Positions 52,927-63,878 of a DNA stretch of 63,878 nucleotides are shown here, piece after piece (the first letter of the stretch is position 1; every line of letters starts with the position of its first letter). The stretch spans positions 15,213,623 to 15,277,500 of the forward strand of contig CM119266.1 of assembly GCA_051294375.1 (NCBI GenBank). The letters are read 5' to 3'. The notes beneath the pieces are model-generated. The model saw only the letters and a program-made list of their open reading frames with translations. It ran no database searches and was not told the DNA's origin. A program made the translations under genes and the position numbers. The DNA is from Paraspadella gotoi. Taxonomy: Eukaryota; Animalia; Chaetognatha.

Positions 52927-53748
52927 ACCCGCTGAGACTTACCCGCATCCTTCCGGCTGCGGACTCCAGACGAACTGAACTCTCCTCAACCTTCGACGCA
53001 GACGTCGATGAACATTAGGATTTTTTTTGTCTTTGCCTGTTAAAAAAAAAATTGTTATTTTATGTTAAATTATCTAGTTAAATTATCTTTTTCGGATTTT
53101 TTCGCAGTTGTATTCTTTTGGATTCGCATCAATCTCTGACTGTCTCTAGCTCTTTTCTCTCTCTTTTAAACAAACTAGATTTCAAAGAAATCAAGGGAAA
53201 GAAAGACTCGTATGCTGCGTCGTGGAGTCCTAATTTTCTGGGCGAATGTAACAAAGAAATAACGAAAGAATAGTTGATCGATTGAGTCGGGAANNNNNNN
53301 NNNNNNNNNNNNNNNNNNCAGGCGCTGACTCACCGCTGAGTGACTTTTTTATTCACACGGCATCCTTCCGGGCTCGCGGACTCCAGACGACTGAAACTCT
53401 TCCTCAACCCTTCGACGCCAGACCGTCCGATGAACATTAGGATTTTTTTTATTTTCTGTCTTTGTCTGTTAAAAAAAAATTGTTATTTTATGTTAAAATT
53501 ATCTAGTTAAATTATCTTTTTCGAAGAATGTTTTTCGCAGTTTATCTTTTTTGGATTCGCATCAATCTCTGACTGTCGTCCAGCTCTTTTCGTCCTCTCT
53601 TTTTAAAACAAACTAGGATTTTTTCAAAGAAGATCAAGGGAAAGAATGACTCGTTCATGCTGCGGTCGTTGGACGCACTATTCCTTTCTGGCGCAATGTA
53701 AACGAAAAAGAAATAACGAAGAATAGTTGATCGATTTGAGTCGGGGAA
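52927..53748. repeat. Direct duplication 52927-53293 / 53331-53748 either side of a 25-N gap
   Basis: gcatccttccgg...cggactccagacga...gaatagttgatcgat(t)tgagtcggg is present on both sides of gap 53294-53318. Confidence 0.95.
52943..53036 (-). CDS. Candidate small exon; two-copy consensus is 93 nt, phase 1-1, KDKKNPNVHRRLRRRLRRVQSSGVRSRKDA
   Basis: Acceptor tttttttttaacag| and donor GCGG|gtaagt on the minus strand. Open frame encoding an Arg/Lys-rich peptide. Confidence 0.45.
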
Positions 53749-54773
53749 AGTTTCGACGTAGAACTGAACCCCTCGATATGATTGATCGGTTTGTGCGGCG
53801 GAATAATGAAATCCCCTCAGTGTTACTTGTCTGCCCAGTTTGGCTATGACCTTTTTTTAACTGCCTGATTCTCTCTCTCTCCGTCCTCTCTCTCTCATCT
53901 CTTCTCCTCCCCCTCTTCTCTCTCATCTCGTCTCTTCATCTCCTACTTTTCCTCTTCTCTCTCTCTCTCTCTCTCTGCTCTCTCTTCCTCTCTTGCTCAC
54001 ACATCCACTCTCTTTATCTTACCGTGGCTGAAAAAAATTTATTTCCTCTCGATATTTTGTGTTAGCTGCTTTGGAAGTTGCTTCTCCAAAGAGACGAGTC
54101 TCTCTTTTAGGGCGTTTTTCTCGTTCATTTTTCAGCCTTTCCATATTCTATCTATCTTCCTTCATCTCCGACAGTCTCATCTCTCTCTCTTTCTCGCTCC
54201 CCGTCAACACCTCCTTCTCAACACACTTATCTATCTCTCCCTATGTTTACGACAACTTATTTCGCCTCTTCGCGCCCCGGCAGATGCTCTTTTGTCTCTC
54301 TCCCGCTCCCCCCCTCCCGGATGTAATCAATACAGGGCAAGCGCCTCTGGCGGCGTTCGTCCGACGAGTCTCGGGTAAAAAATTCACGGCTCTTAAGCAC
54401 CTCGAAAATGAAAAATTCAATCTTCGGCGCGGAGAAGGAGAGAAATTGACGGCGAAGAGAGAGAGCGATGAGACTGAGGAGACGATTAGAGAGCGGGAGA
54501 GGACGAGAGACGAGACCGCGGCAAGCGGAGTCTGGCCGATGGGGCAGATAGCTTGTTGTACGAGGAGCAGAAGTAGGAGAGAGAGATGGAGAAAGTTCAA
54601 AGTTCAATTGCTGAGAAAAAAATAGAAAAAAATAGGTGAGCGCGGGAAAAGAATATACATTATAATACAATTAAAAAATCTAAAAAAGTTTAAATAAAAA
54701 GCTCGCGACGTTTAAAATCTTTATAACCGGTAGGGGAAAATAAGAAAATATATTCTGCGGGCTTTCCTCTTTC

Positions 54774-54808
54774 CAAGATGGCGCTGGCCTCCGACACGAC
54801 CGGAAGTG
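54774..54808 (+). promoter_or_regulatory. YY1 (CAAGATGGCG) plus ETS (ACCGGAAGTG) motif pair
   Basis: Exact consensus matches at 54774-54783 and 54799-54808; a reverse YY1 motif lies at 55422-55431. Confidence 0.45.
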
Positions 54809-55730
54809 AATTAAGAGCGGCGTAGTTCTGCGTTGCTTTTTTTTTTTTCTTGTTGCCCCGGAATAATTTGACCGCTACCCCACTCGCACGAGTAAAGGTT
54901 TACGACTAGGATGGGACTGCGGAGGAATATAACTTAACGGTATTATTGCTCTTTTAGTCTTTGTTGTTCTTTGTTGTATGCGAGCTTGGTCAACTCTTCG
55001 TGAAATTCCCTTTCGCACGGTATCAAATTTATAAATGATTTCTTTTGTTCAGTTGATTCTCTTACATACGTTTCAACACGTGTCCGAATATATAAACGAA
55101 AAAAATTAAATTAGGGTAACTACTAAAGAAAAGTTCGGAATTAGAGGAGGAAATTAGGGTAATCAGATTTAAACGAAACTCGAAATGTTGAATTTTTTTA
55201 AAGAGAGATTCTCGCCTTAGAGAGTGAATTTTAAGCTTATTTTGGCTTCAAATTTTAAACAAAAGTTGGATCTTGATTATTTTAATTCCAAGGAAAAATA
55301 AAATTCTGGAAAAATATCAGACTAAAATTTGACCGACCAGAAAAAAATGTTTCGATCATCAAAGCGCCGCCGTCGCCGCGCGGCGCCTAAAAAAAAAACC
55401 AGAAAAAAATCGGATCTACGACGCCATCTTGTTTTTTCCTCTTTTTTTTCTTTCTCTCGAGAAGATTCTTAAGAAGGAAAAATTTAAGTCGCTTCCTCCC
55501 TTTTCTTCTCTCATCTCAATTTAAAAGTTCTAAAAGCCAATTTTGAAAGACGTTGCACTCGATTTTCGTCGCCGTCGTCGTCGCTTTCGTCGTCGCCTAC
55601 TCAATCTTCTCTCCCTTCCATTATTATAGACTTGATGCAGAATAAATGTAATATGATAAATTATTTATAATATTCCACTTCCGATCCTTTTCTCGAGCAC
55701 ACACACGCGCGTGGCAAAAACACACAAGAG

Positions 55731-55818
<88 letters not shown>

Positions 55819-56409
55819 AATAGAAACTCGATTCTTCTACGCCCAAAAAGTAAGAAAAATCAAGTTTTTACGCATTCGTTTTCTACTTTATCTTTCTTCC
55901 CAAAATTATTTATTTCTACTCTTTTTTTTATTTCCTACAAATCCACACGAAACTATTTTCCTATTTTTTTTTTCCTTCCCTAGAAACGGAGGAAGATCTT
56001 CAAACGAGAGAAAACATAAAAGGATGAGGAGGAAAAGGGGGGAAAAAGAAGAGGAAAAAGAATAAAGGGAGGAAAGGAGAGGCAGGGGAGGGAGGAAAAA
56101 GAAAGGAAAGGAGCGAAAGGAGGAGAACAGGAGGAAAATTTAAATTCAAATTCGCCCACAGAAAATGATTGCACACACGACTTCTTTTCCATTCAAGATT
56201 TCGACTAAAAGTCATTAAAATTTCATTTTGGAATTTGTTTTCTCCCGCTAATGACGCCAGCGCCGGNNNNNNNNNNNNNNNNNNNNNNNNNNNNNNNNNN
56301 NNNNNNNNNNNNNNNNNNNNNNNNNNNNNNNNNNNNNNNNNNNNNNNNNNNNNNNNNNNNNNNNNNNNNNNNNNNNNNNNNNNNNNNNNNNNNNCTCTCT
56401 CTCTCTCTC

Positions 56410-56460
<51 letters not shown>

Positions 56461-58016
56461 AAACCCCACAGCCCACATTCCCACCTCAGAGAAATTCTCA
56501 TTTCTCTTCCCCCGTAATCCTACCTATGAATTTACGGCTGTTTACATCCGCCAAAAGGCCCAACAACCGGCGTTTTATTTTTTCGCCGATATTTATTATT
56601 CGAAACTCACTTTTTTTTAACAATTTATATATAGTTATTTGATACTCTTCCTCCTCCTCTCTCACCCCCCCCCGCTGTCTGTTCCGCTTTCTGCAAATGG
56701 CTAATTGCCATCACTGCTTAGTAGGAACGAAGGATAATGATGGCATCTCAGCGGCGCAGACACGAACGTATTGGCTATTCTTTCTTTTGTTTTTTTCTCT
56801 CATCCGGAAAAAAAAAGAAAAGATTTTTGAGACTGGCGTAACTGCTATCGATGAATCTCGGCGTCTCTTTCTTTCAGAAACGATCACATTGGATTTTTTT
56901 TTTTTTTGGAAAAATTATTGTACGTTAGGTTCTGGAAGAAATTTACGGAATAATAGGAAATTTCGAACTCAAATGACCCAAACGAAATTTGCTAAATAAT
57001 CTTACAGAAAAAAATTCAATCTAATAGTTTAGACTTAAAATATTTACTAAGTAAACAAAATTAGTTCAGATGAATTAAAAGCGATAAACAATTTCGTCTG
57101 TGCTTACCTAATTCCGACAAATACATTTTCTCTAACTTATAATTGCCATTATTTTACACAACAATCTCGCCATCTTCCCTAACTTCTTTCTCACTGTCCC
57201 TTTTCCCCTTCTTTCTTTCCTTTTTTCTCAACTTCGTTTCCTCTACAACTTCTTTTGTTTCCGAAGCAGAGAAAAAAACTCGCGAAAAAACGTTTTTTTC
57301 GCTACGATGTACGCAATTTTTAGTTTTTTTTTTTTTTTTTCTCTTGCGACAAAATTGAATCAAATGAATTGGATTCCTACCTAATTTTTTTGCCACTTTT
57401 CTTCTCTCTCTCTCTCTCTCGTCTCTTCTCTCTCTCTCTCTCACTCTCTCTCTTGCTCTCTTCTCTCTCTCTCCATTTCCTTTCTTTTCTCTCTTTCTCT
57501 CTATTTTTGACTAATATATTAGTTACATAATGGGAGTCGGTTGTCGCAGATTTATTCTCAGAGACGTCGAAGCTTGTTACCGGAAGTCGTGGCCGCGAGG
57601 TCGCGGTCACAGCGGCGGCCACTCAAAACCCCGCGCCTGCCCGGTTACGCCAACGACCGAGAAGAGAGGGAGGATTTCAATATACGGAAGTTCGAATCTC
57701 GTTTGTGGCGCGATAGTTTTACTCGTTTTCATGCTCACCTGTCAAAAAAAAAAACTTGTTCCTCTTTTTCAACCCAAAGCCCGACTCCCATCTTCCTTTT
57801 GAGTTTTTTCTTCTCTCTCCTCCTCCCCCTCCTCCCCCCATTCCCTTCCTCCATCACCCTTGCCATCCCTCCTCCTCTTCCTCTTTCCTTCTCCCCTTTA
57901 CTTTTTTTTGTACTCTGCCGCGTCGACAATTTGACTTTGGCATTTCGGTCTTCCTCTCTTGCATAGGTAATCGAGAGCTCGCGTTCTTTCCTCTTCCGTC
58001 ACTATTTTTATCCACA

Positions 58017-58051
<35 letters not shown>

Positions 58052-59239
58052 ACTCCTCTTCTTCTCTTCTACTTCTCTCTCTCTCCTCTTCTCTCCTCTC
58101 TCTCTCTCTCTCTTCTCTCTGCTCTCTCTCTCTTCTCTCTTCTCTCTCTCTCTCTCTCCTCCCTCACAGGACTTTCTCCCAAACCCAACATACATTATTG
58201 GTCGCGGCGCAAAAAAGATAAAAGATTCCACTTCTCGTCTGCGACACATCTTCCTTTGTTCTCTCCCGTAATACTTCCCTGACGACCGTACATACCGGCT
58301 CGACAGCGTGGATCTCTTCCCTCTCTCTCGTAGTCCATTGATTCCTCAGCTCATCCGAACGCCAAGCCGTTTAGACCGGAGCGGCGCGCGGCTGCCGATC
58401 GAACTCACTTCTCCCTTCCGGTTCTTCTTCCGCTCGGATCGGGGAGGATTTTTTCTCTCTCCGCGGCTTTCTTCCGGATCTCTCTCTTTTGAAAAGCCAA
58501 AGTTTTGCTTAACATAATTCTGCATGATTGGTTTAGCTTGGTTCGGCTTGGTGCTTGGCGCGAGTCGGCCGGCCAGGTGGTTATGAGGGCGAGAGAAGGA
58601 GGGGAGGAGAAGGAGACGAGAATGAGGAACCAACTTTTTTTTTCCTGAGGGACGAAAAAAGAAGTATTTTTAGATTTCGTCTTCGTTCATCTTTTTCTCG
58701 GGTTTCTGTCCAAAACTTCTTGTAGCCCTCAAAATATGTTAACATTCGTCAACTAGTGTCATTTATTTACTTATTGATTCGTGATTGTTATCTATAAAAA
58801 CTCAGAAAACAACAATAAAGACGAACCCCCTAGAAATCGCAATGAGAACTCAACCATGCAACAACAACAACAACAACAACAACGACAAAAGACGACGACA
58901 ACGAGTCCCGTTGTTTGTCGGTCCGCGGTTCGGCTGGCCATGAATTCCGCTTAGCTGATTCCGTCCTCCCGTCGTCGTCGTCGTCGTCGTNNNNNNNNNN
59001 NNNNNNNNNNNNNNNNNNNNNNNNNNNNNNNNNNNNNNNNNNNNNNNNNNNNNNNNNNNNNNNNNNNNNNNNNNNNNNNNNNNNNNNNNNNNNNNNNNNN
59101 NNNNNNNNNNNNNNNNNNNNNNNNNNNNNNNNNNNNNNNNNNNGATGGGATGGAGCAGCGATGAAGTAACTCGAGATTGAAGGACTGTGGGGAAAGAAGA
59201 GTGATACTGGAGGGTGACAAGGATGCAGTTGTCTCCCAG

Positions 59240-59372
59240 GATCAGGATTTTTGGAGTTTCTTTCTTCTCGAAGAAGAATAAAAACTATTGAGTTCATGAC
59301 GAAGGCCGCGCGAGACCAGGAAATCTTTTCGGCGACGGTGAATCGAATTTTATCCGAGAAGATGTTTTTGTT
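59240..59372 (+). CDS. Candidate exon SGFLEFLSSRRRIKTIEFMTKAARDQEIFSATVNRILSEKMFL
   Basis: gtctcccag| acceptor and TT|gtgagt donor, with a single open plus-strand frame. A minus-strand frame is also open. Confidence 0.3.
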
Positions 59373-59665
59373 GTGAGTTTTTTTTGTTCGAGAANNNNNN
59401 NNNNNNNNNNNNNNNNNNNNNNNNNNNNNNNNNNNNNNNNNNNNNNNNNNNNNNNNNNNNNNNNNNNNNNNNNNNNNNNNNNNNNNNNNNNNNNNNNNNN
59501 NNNNNNNNNNNNNNNNNNNNNNNNNNNNNNNNNNNNNNNNNNNNNNNNNNNNNNNNNNNNNNNNNNNNNNNNNNNNNNNNNNNNNNNNNNNNNNNNNNNN
59601 NNNNNNNNNNNNNNNNNNNNNNNNNNNNNNNNNNNNNNNNNNNNNNNNNNNNNNNNNNNNNNNNN

Positions 59666-59913
59666 GCGGGGCCAACGTTTTCATGGAGGTCAAATATGCG
59701 ACGCGACTCGACAACTTACCTCCGACGCCACTTTTCCGCCTCAAATCGTCTCCACTCCCACCATCCAGTCACCCCCGACCACCGCGATTACCACCTCCAA
59801 CCGCTACCTCTGCAACGCCTCCTCAACCTCCCGTGCGGAATCTAACGCCATCACCCGGCGGAAAAGATAACTCGATAATCGGGGAAATTCTGACGAGACA
59901 TAAGTCAAGGTGA
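59666..59913 (+). CDS. Candidate Pro-rich coding segment MEVKYATRLDNLPPTPLFRLKSSPLPP...GKDNSIIGEILTRHKSR (5' end in gap)
   Basis: Non-repetitive open frame from the gap edge, ending at AAG|gtgaca or TGA. Confidence 0.3.
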
Positions 59914-60481
59914 CAACCGAAAAAAAAAAGCCAGGAAAGCATCTCTGGAGAGAGAGAAAAAAAAACAGAGGTGCATACGGAGCAATAAACAGAGGGGACA
60001 GTTCGGAGAAAAACAAAAGAACACGTCCACAAAAAAAAGACCCGGAGAAAAAAAAGGAAGATATAAATTTGATGAGAGAAAAAGAAAGGGAAGAGGGAAA
60101 AGGAAGATAGAGAAAGGCGTAGTGAATCTGACTCATTTCATAATAGGTTCTCCGCGTTCATTCGTATTTTCAAAAAAAAATTATTTTTTATCAGAAAGAG
60201 CGAAAAATTTGATTGTCTGTAAATATCCACCGTCTCTCTCTCTCTCTCTCTNNNNNNNNNNNNNNNNNNNNNNNNNNNNNNNNNNNNNNNNNNNNNNNNN
60301 NNNNNNNNNNNNNNNNNNNNNNNNNNNNNNNNNNNNNNNNNNNNNNNNNNNNNNNNNNNNNNNNNNNNNNNNNNNNNNNNNNNNNNNNNNNNNNNNNNNN
60401 NNNNNNNNNNNNNNNNNNNNNNNNNNNNNNNNNNNNNNNNNNNNNNNNNNNNNNNNNNNNNNNNNNNNNNNNNNNNNNNNN

Positions 60482-60635
60482 GGCGCGACCGACCGACTTG
60501 CCCCCCTCATCGCCTTATCAATTTTCTCTCCGATCCCAATGCTCATCCAGACCAGACGGTCCACCTTTGGAGTTGTCTACAATGTCAGTTTTTCTCGATC
60601 TTTTGGTCAGACAAAAGGGCAGCGGGAGACGATGA
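60482..60635 (+). CDS. Possible terminal coding segment ARPTDLPPSSPYQFSLRSQCSSRPDGPPLELSTMSVFLDLLVRQKGSGRR*
   Basis: Complex sequence following a (CT)n tract and gap, then AT-rich sequence with AATAAA at 60661. Frame is not unique. Confidence 0.2.
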
Positions 60636-61186
60636 AAATGTTTTCAGAAAAAATTTGAAAAATAAAGAAAATATAAAGATTACAAAAATTTAAAATTTCC
60701 ATTAACTTCAGTCTCATAGAAAATCCTAAAAGCTACGCAAAAAGTAACTCGAATATTATTAAATTACCTCCTAATTGATATTCGTCAAAGCTAAATTTTT
60801 TTTTTCTGTCTTCGTCGCCTTCTTAATCATCCTCCCGGTCGTCTCTGTAGTCGAGGACCTTCGTTGGGGTCTTCGTCGTCGTCGTCGTTGTCGTCGCCAT
60901 CTTGGTCGCAGTCGTCGTCGTCGACGTCCTTGTCGTCGAGTGATTAGGACGTTGCTTTAGAATTTCTAGGATAAATGGGTTAACCCGGTTCCCGCGATGG
61001 GAGGTGAGGCGAGGCGAAGGGTGAGGTAAGAGAAGGAGGCGTTGCGTCGGGAATTGCGCCGTCGTCGCCGCGTGAATGATAAAAAAAATGTGGATCGAGG
61101 ATCCCACGCGAGGTGGCGGGACAGGTGGCCAAGACGTCAACGTTGCTGTGCCTCGGATAAAGACTTGAAGGTGGCAAGGAGGATGG

Positions 61187-61201
61187 TGGCCACCAGAGGG
61201 C
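61187..61201 (+). promoter_or_regulatory. CTCF core motif TGGCCACCAGAGGGC
   Basis: 15-bp match to the CTCF consensus YGGCCASCAGRKGGC. Confidence 0.55.
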
Positions 61202-61315
61202 CTCGGCCGCCGCGGGGCTCCGAGTCCATTACGTCGTCCCGCTCTCAAATGAAGGCCCCATTTCTTGAGGGATTTTCTTCACGCGGTTCGCGTTTCACGA
61301 CGACATAATCACGGC

Positions 61316-61329
61316 GCGACCTCTGGTGG
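61316..61329 (-). promoter_or_regulatory. CTCF-like motif CCACCAGAGGTCGC
   Basis: One mismatch from CCACCAGAGGGCGC on the minus strand. Confidence 0.35.
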
Positions 61330-61342
61330 AGGGCAAGGGGGA

Positions 61343-61374
<32 letters not shown>

Positions 61375-61853
61375 AGTCAATTATTACCAGAGCAAAGTCT
61401 GAGACGACGACGAAAAAAAAGACGAAGACGGCAAACGAAGTTTGTTTTGATGACGAAGACTTGAATGAAGATGACGGCGAAAACGACGATGACTGCGANN
61501 NNNNNNNNNNNNNNNNNNNNNNNNNNNNNNNNNNNNNNNNNNNNNNNNNNNNNNNNNNNNNNNNNNNNNNNNNNNNNNNNNNNNNNNNNNNNNNNNNNNN
61601 NNNNNNNNNNNNNNNNNNNNNNNNNNNNNNNNNNNNNNNNNNNNNNNNNNNNNNNNNNNNNNNNNNNNNNNNNNNNNNNNNNNNNNNNNNNNNNNNNNNN
61701 NNNNNNNNNNNNNNNNNNNNNNNNNNNNNNNNNNNNNNNNNNNNNNNNNNNNNNNNNNNNNNNGGCGGCGGCGGGGAATTGTTTATTGTAACGCGTTTCC
61801 GCCTTTGTTAAGGGGTTAAGCGCGTGCAGGGGTCGCGCTCGTTAAAACGCGGC

Positions 61854-61930
61854 GATTGGGCTACGGCCGGCCCCGCCCACCGGGACTCAGACCAATCACC
61901 AGGCGGCGCGCGTTTTTCCCGGGGGCGCGT
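61854..61930. promoter_or_regulatory. Promoter-like module: inverted CCAAT, GC box, CCAAT
   Basis: GATTGG 61854-61859, GGCCCCGCCCAC 61869-61880 and CCAATC 61892-61897 in a GC-rich island. Confidence 0.5.
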
Positions 61931-62496
61931 TGTCTTCGGCGATGGAAGGGATGTGTGGAGAGATGTAAGGTGTAAGAGGGGAGTTGGCAAAGTATTTCCA
62001 AATGTATATCCGTCGCTAAAATATCTAATATTTAATATTTAAACTTACACTAATAATCATTTTATTTTATGCACAAGCGCTTGTATTATGAAGGACGTCT
62101 CTCACATTGTTTNNNNNNNNNNNNNNNNNNNNNNNNNNNNNNNNNNNNNNNNNNNNNNNNNNNNNNNNNNNNNNNNNNNNNNNNNNNNNNNNNNNNNNNN
62201 NNNNNNNNNNNNNNNNNNNNNNNNNNNNNNNNNNNNNNNNNNNNNNNNNNNNNNNNNNNNNNNNNNNNNNNNNNNNNNNNNNNNNNNNNNNNNNNNNNNN
62301 NNNNNNNNNNNNNNNNNNNNNNNNNNNNNNNNNNNNNNNNNNNNNNNNNNNNNNNNCTCTCTCTCTCTCCCTCTCCTTCTATTTTCCTTCACCATCAGTT
62401 TTCTTTCCCCCATAATTTATCCCTTTCCTCTTCGCATTGTCTGCCAAAAAAACTTCCTTTTGCGTGGCGTCTTAAAAATATCCCACGAAAGGAAAA

Positions 62497-62558
<62 letters not shown>

Positions 62559-63390
62559 CTTTTAAATAGAATCTGTTTCAATTCTTAGACTTTCTACCGT
62601 ATAAACGTTAAAATTTAAACGCTGTTATTAAGGTTGGAACAATATAAAATAATACGAATGTAAACGCAGATTTCAAGTTTTTCTCTTCACTTCCCCCTTA
62701 TTTTTTTTTCAACAAAAAAACTTTCTCCAAAAGCTCTAATTTTTTTTTCAGCCGTAAATTTCCAATTCAATCCGGGATACTTTTCTCTTTTCGCCGTTCG
62801 GTCGCCTTCCCGTAAATTTCGAATTAAATCCGGGCTTGATATCGGGGGGGGGNNNNNNNNNNNNNNNNNNNNNNNNNNNNNNNNNNNNNNNNNNNNNNNN
62901 NNNNNNNNNNNNNNNNNNNNNNNNNNNNNNNNNNNNNNNNNNNNNNNNNNNNNNNNNNNNNNNNNNNNNNNNNNNNNNNNNNNNNNNNNNNNNNNNNNNN
63001 NNNNNNNNNNNNNNNNNNNNNNNNNNNNNNNNNNNNNNNNNNNNNNNNNNNNNNNNNNNNNNNNNNNNNNNNNNNNNNNNNNNNNNNNNNNNNNNNNNNN
63101 NNNNNNNNNNGGGGGGGCGGTTTGTTGCTCTAACGCGTGACGTCGGTTATTACTGAGGCGAAACGAGGAAAATTTGTGTGTGTGTGTTTTTCTATCTTTT
63201 TTTCTTTTTCCACTTTTTTTTTTCCGCTGTGGTCGTTTTCTCTCTCTCTCTCTTTCACCCTCGTCCTATAATTCGTTTTCTCAGTTTTTCTCTTCCCTTT
63301 TTTCTCTTTTGTTTCAGTTTCTTTCGTCGTTTTCGTTTTCTCTCGCTTTCCGTATCTTTTCATCACCCCCTTATTTCTTGACGTTTTGAG

Positions 63391-63405
63391 GCCCCCTGGC
63401 GGCCA
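63391..63405 (-). promoter_or_regulatory. CTCF core motif TGGCCGCCAGGGGGC
   Basis: Reverse complement of gccccctggcggcca; strong consensus match. Confidence 0.55.
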
Positions 63406-63445
63406 TATTTGTTGCAGGTTTTTTTTTTCTCTCTCATGCTTTCTG

Positions 63446-63513
63446 GTCGCTAAGCAACGGCAACCGTCTTGTTTATCATCAACTGCCGGCTTTTTCGATG
63501 TGACACCGGAAAT
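63446..63513 (+). promoter_or_regulatory. X-box-like GTCGCTAAGCAAC and ETS-like ACCGGAAAT
   Basis: Motif matches at 63446-63458 and 63505-63513. Confidence 0.3.
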
Positions 63514-63878
63514 GAAGAATGACCGCCCTTTCGGCGACTTCGTTTGACAATCGAAGCCGGCGTTCGTCGTCGTCGTTATGGTCGCTCGAATCGTCGTTGT
63601 CGCTCCAGAAATAATTTTTTTTTTCTCTCTCTCTCTCTCTCTCCTCTCTCTCTCCGAAAAAGTTCCAATTACTGCGAAATCCGTTGCGACGCTCGAAATT
63701 ACTTACGGTGATTACAAGTAGTACTTCAATTACTACGACTCCGATCTCGTCGTTCCACCGATTTTTGATTTTTTTCCCGTTTTCGCGCGACAGAGATATA
63801 TTAACAACGGAATCAATCTGGCGAATACTACGATTCGCATCTGCGTCCGTTTACAACTGTTTTTTTTATTTTTTTTTT

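Noticed and set aside
55110-55162. Two isolated TTAGGG hexamers
   Set aside because: Not tandem; part of a short aaattagggtaa duplication.
58170-58580. TAA reassignment suggested by a long frame broken only by TAA codons
   Set aside because: Only two stops in an error-prone assembly, with no homology to anchor the frame; other candidate ORFs end normally at TAA.

Overview
This is a eukaryotic, very probably bilaterian-animal, draft-assembly window with many N gaps. It is extremely rich in (GA)n/(CT)n and (GAC)n/(GTC)n microsatellites and shows no visible CpG depletion. I recognise no complete gene, RNA gene, transposase, reverse transcriptase or CRISPR array. Almost all listed ORFs are translations of microsatellites or N-runs. 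Seven imperfect duplications dominate the structure. Three are inverted (1-2810/3660-6270; 40690-42120/46090-47630; 42480-42673/43215-43560) and four are direct (11629-13290/13310-14727; a ~7 kb tandem 20640-27638/27640-34760; 42779-43018/43617-43940; 52927-53293/53331-53748). Their copies differ mainly by 1-nt indels, and each sits at or near one of six gaps of exactly 25 N, which points to long-read gap-filling artefacts rather than biology. Signals that look real are several candidate spliceosomal exons of unidentified genes on both strands, and clusters of metazoan cis-regulatory motifs: three CTCF-like cores at 61.2-63.4 kb, a tandem RFX X-box cluster at 45.0 kb, and NF-Y/SP, ETS, YY1, NRF1 and CRE motifs. 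There are also two AG|GT recursive-splice-like sites. I found no convincing evidence of a previously undescribed biological system. The regulatory clusters and the ~600 bp minus-strand exon candidate are the best leads.
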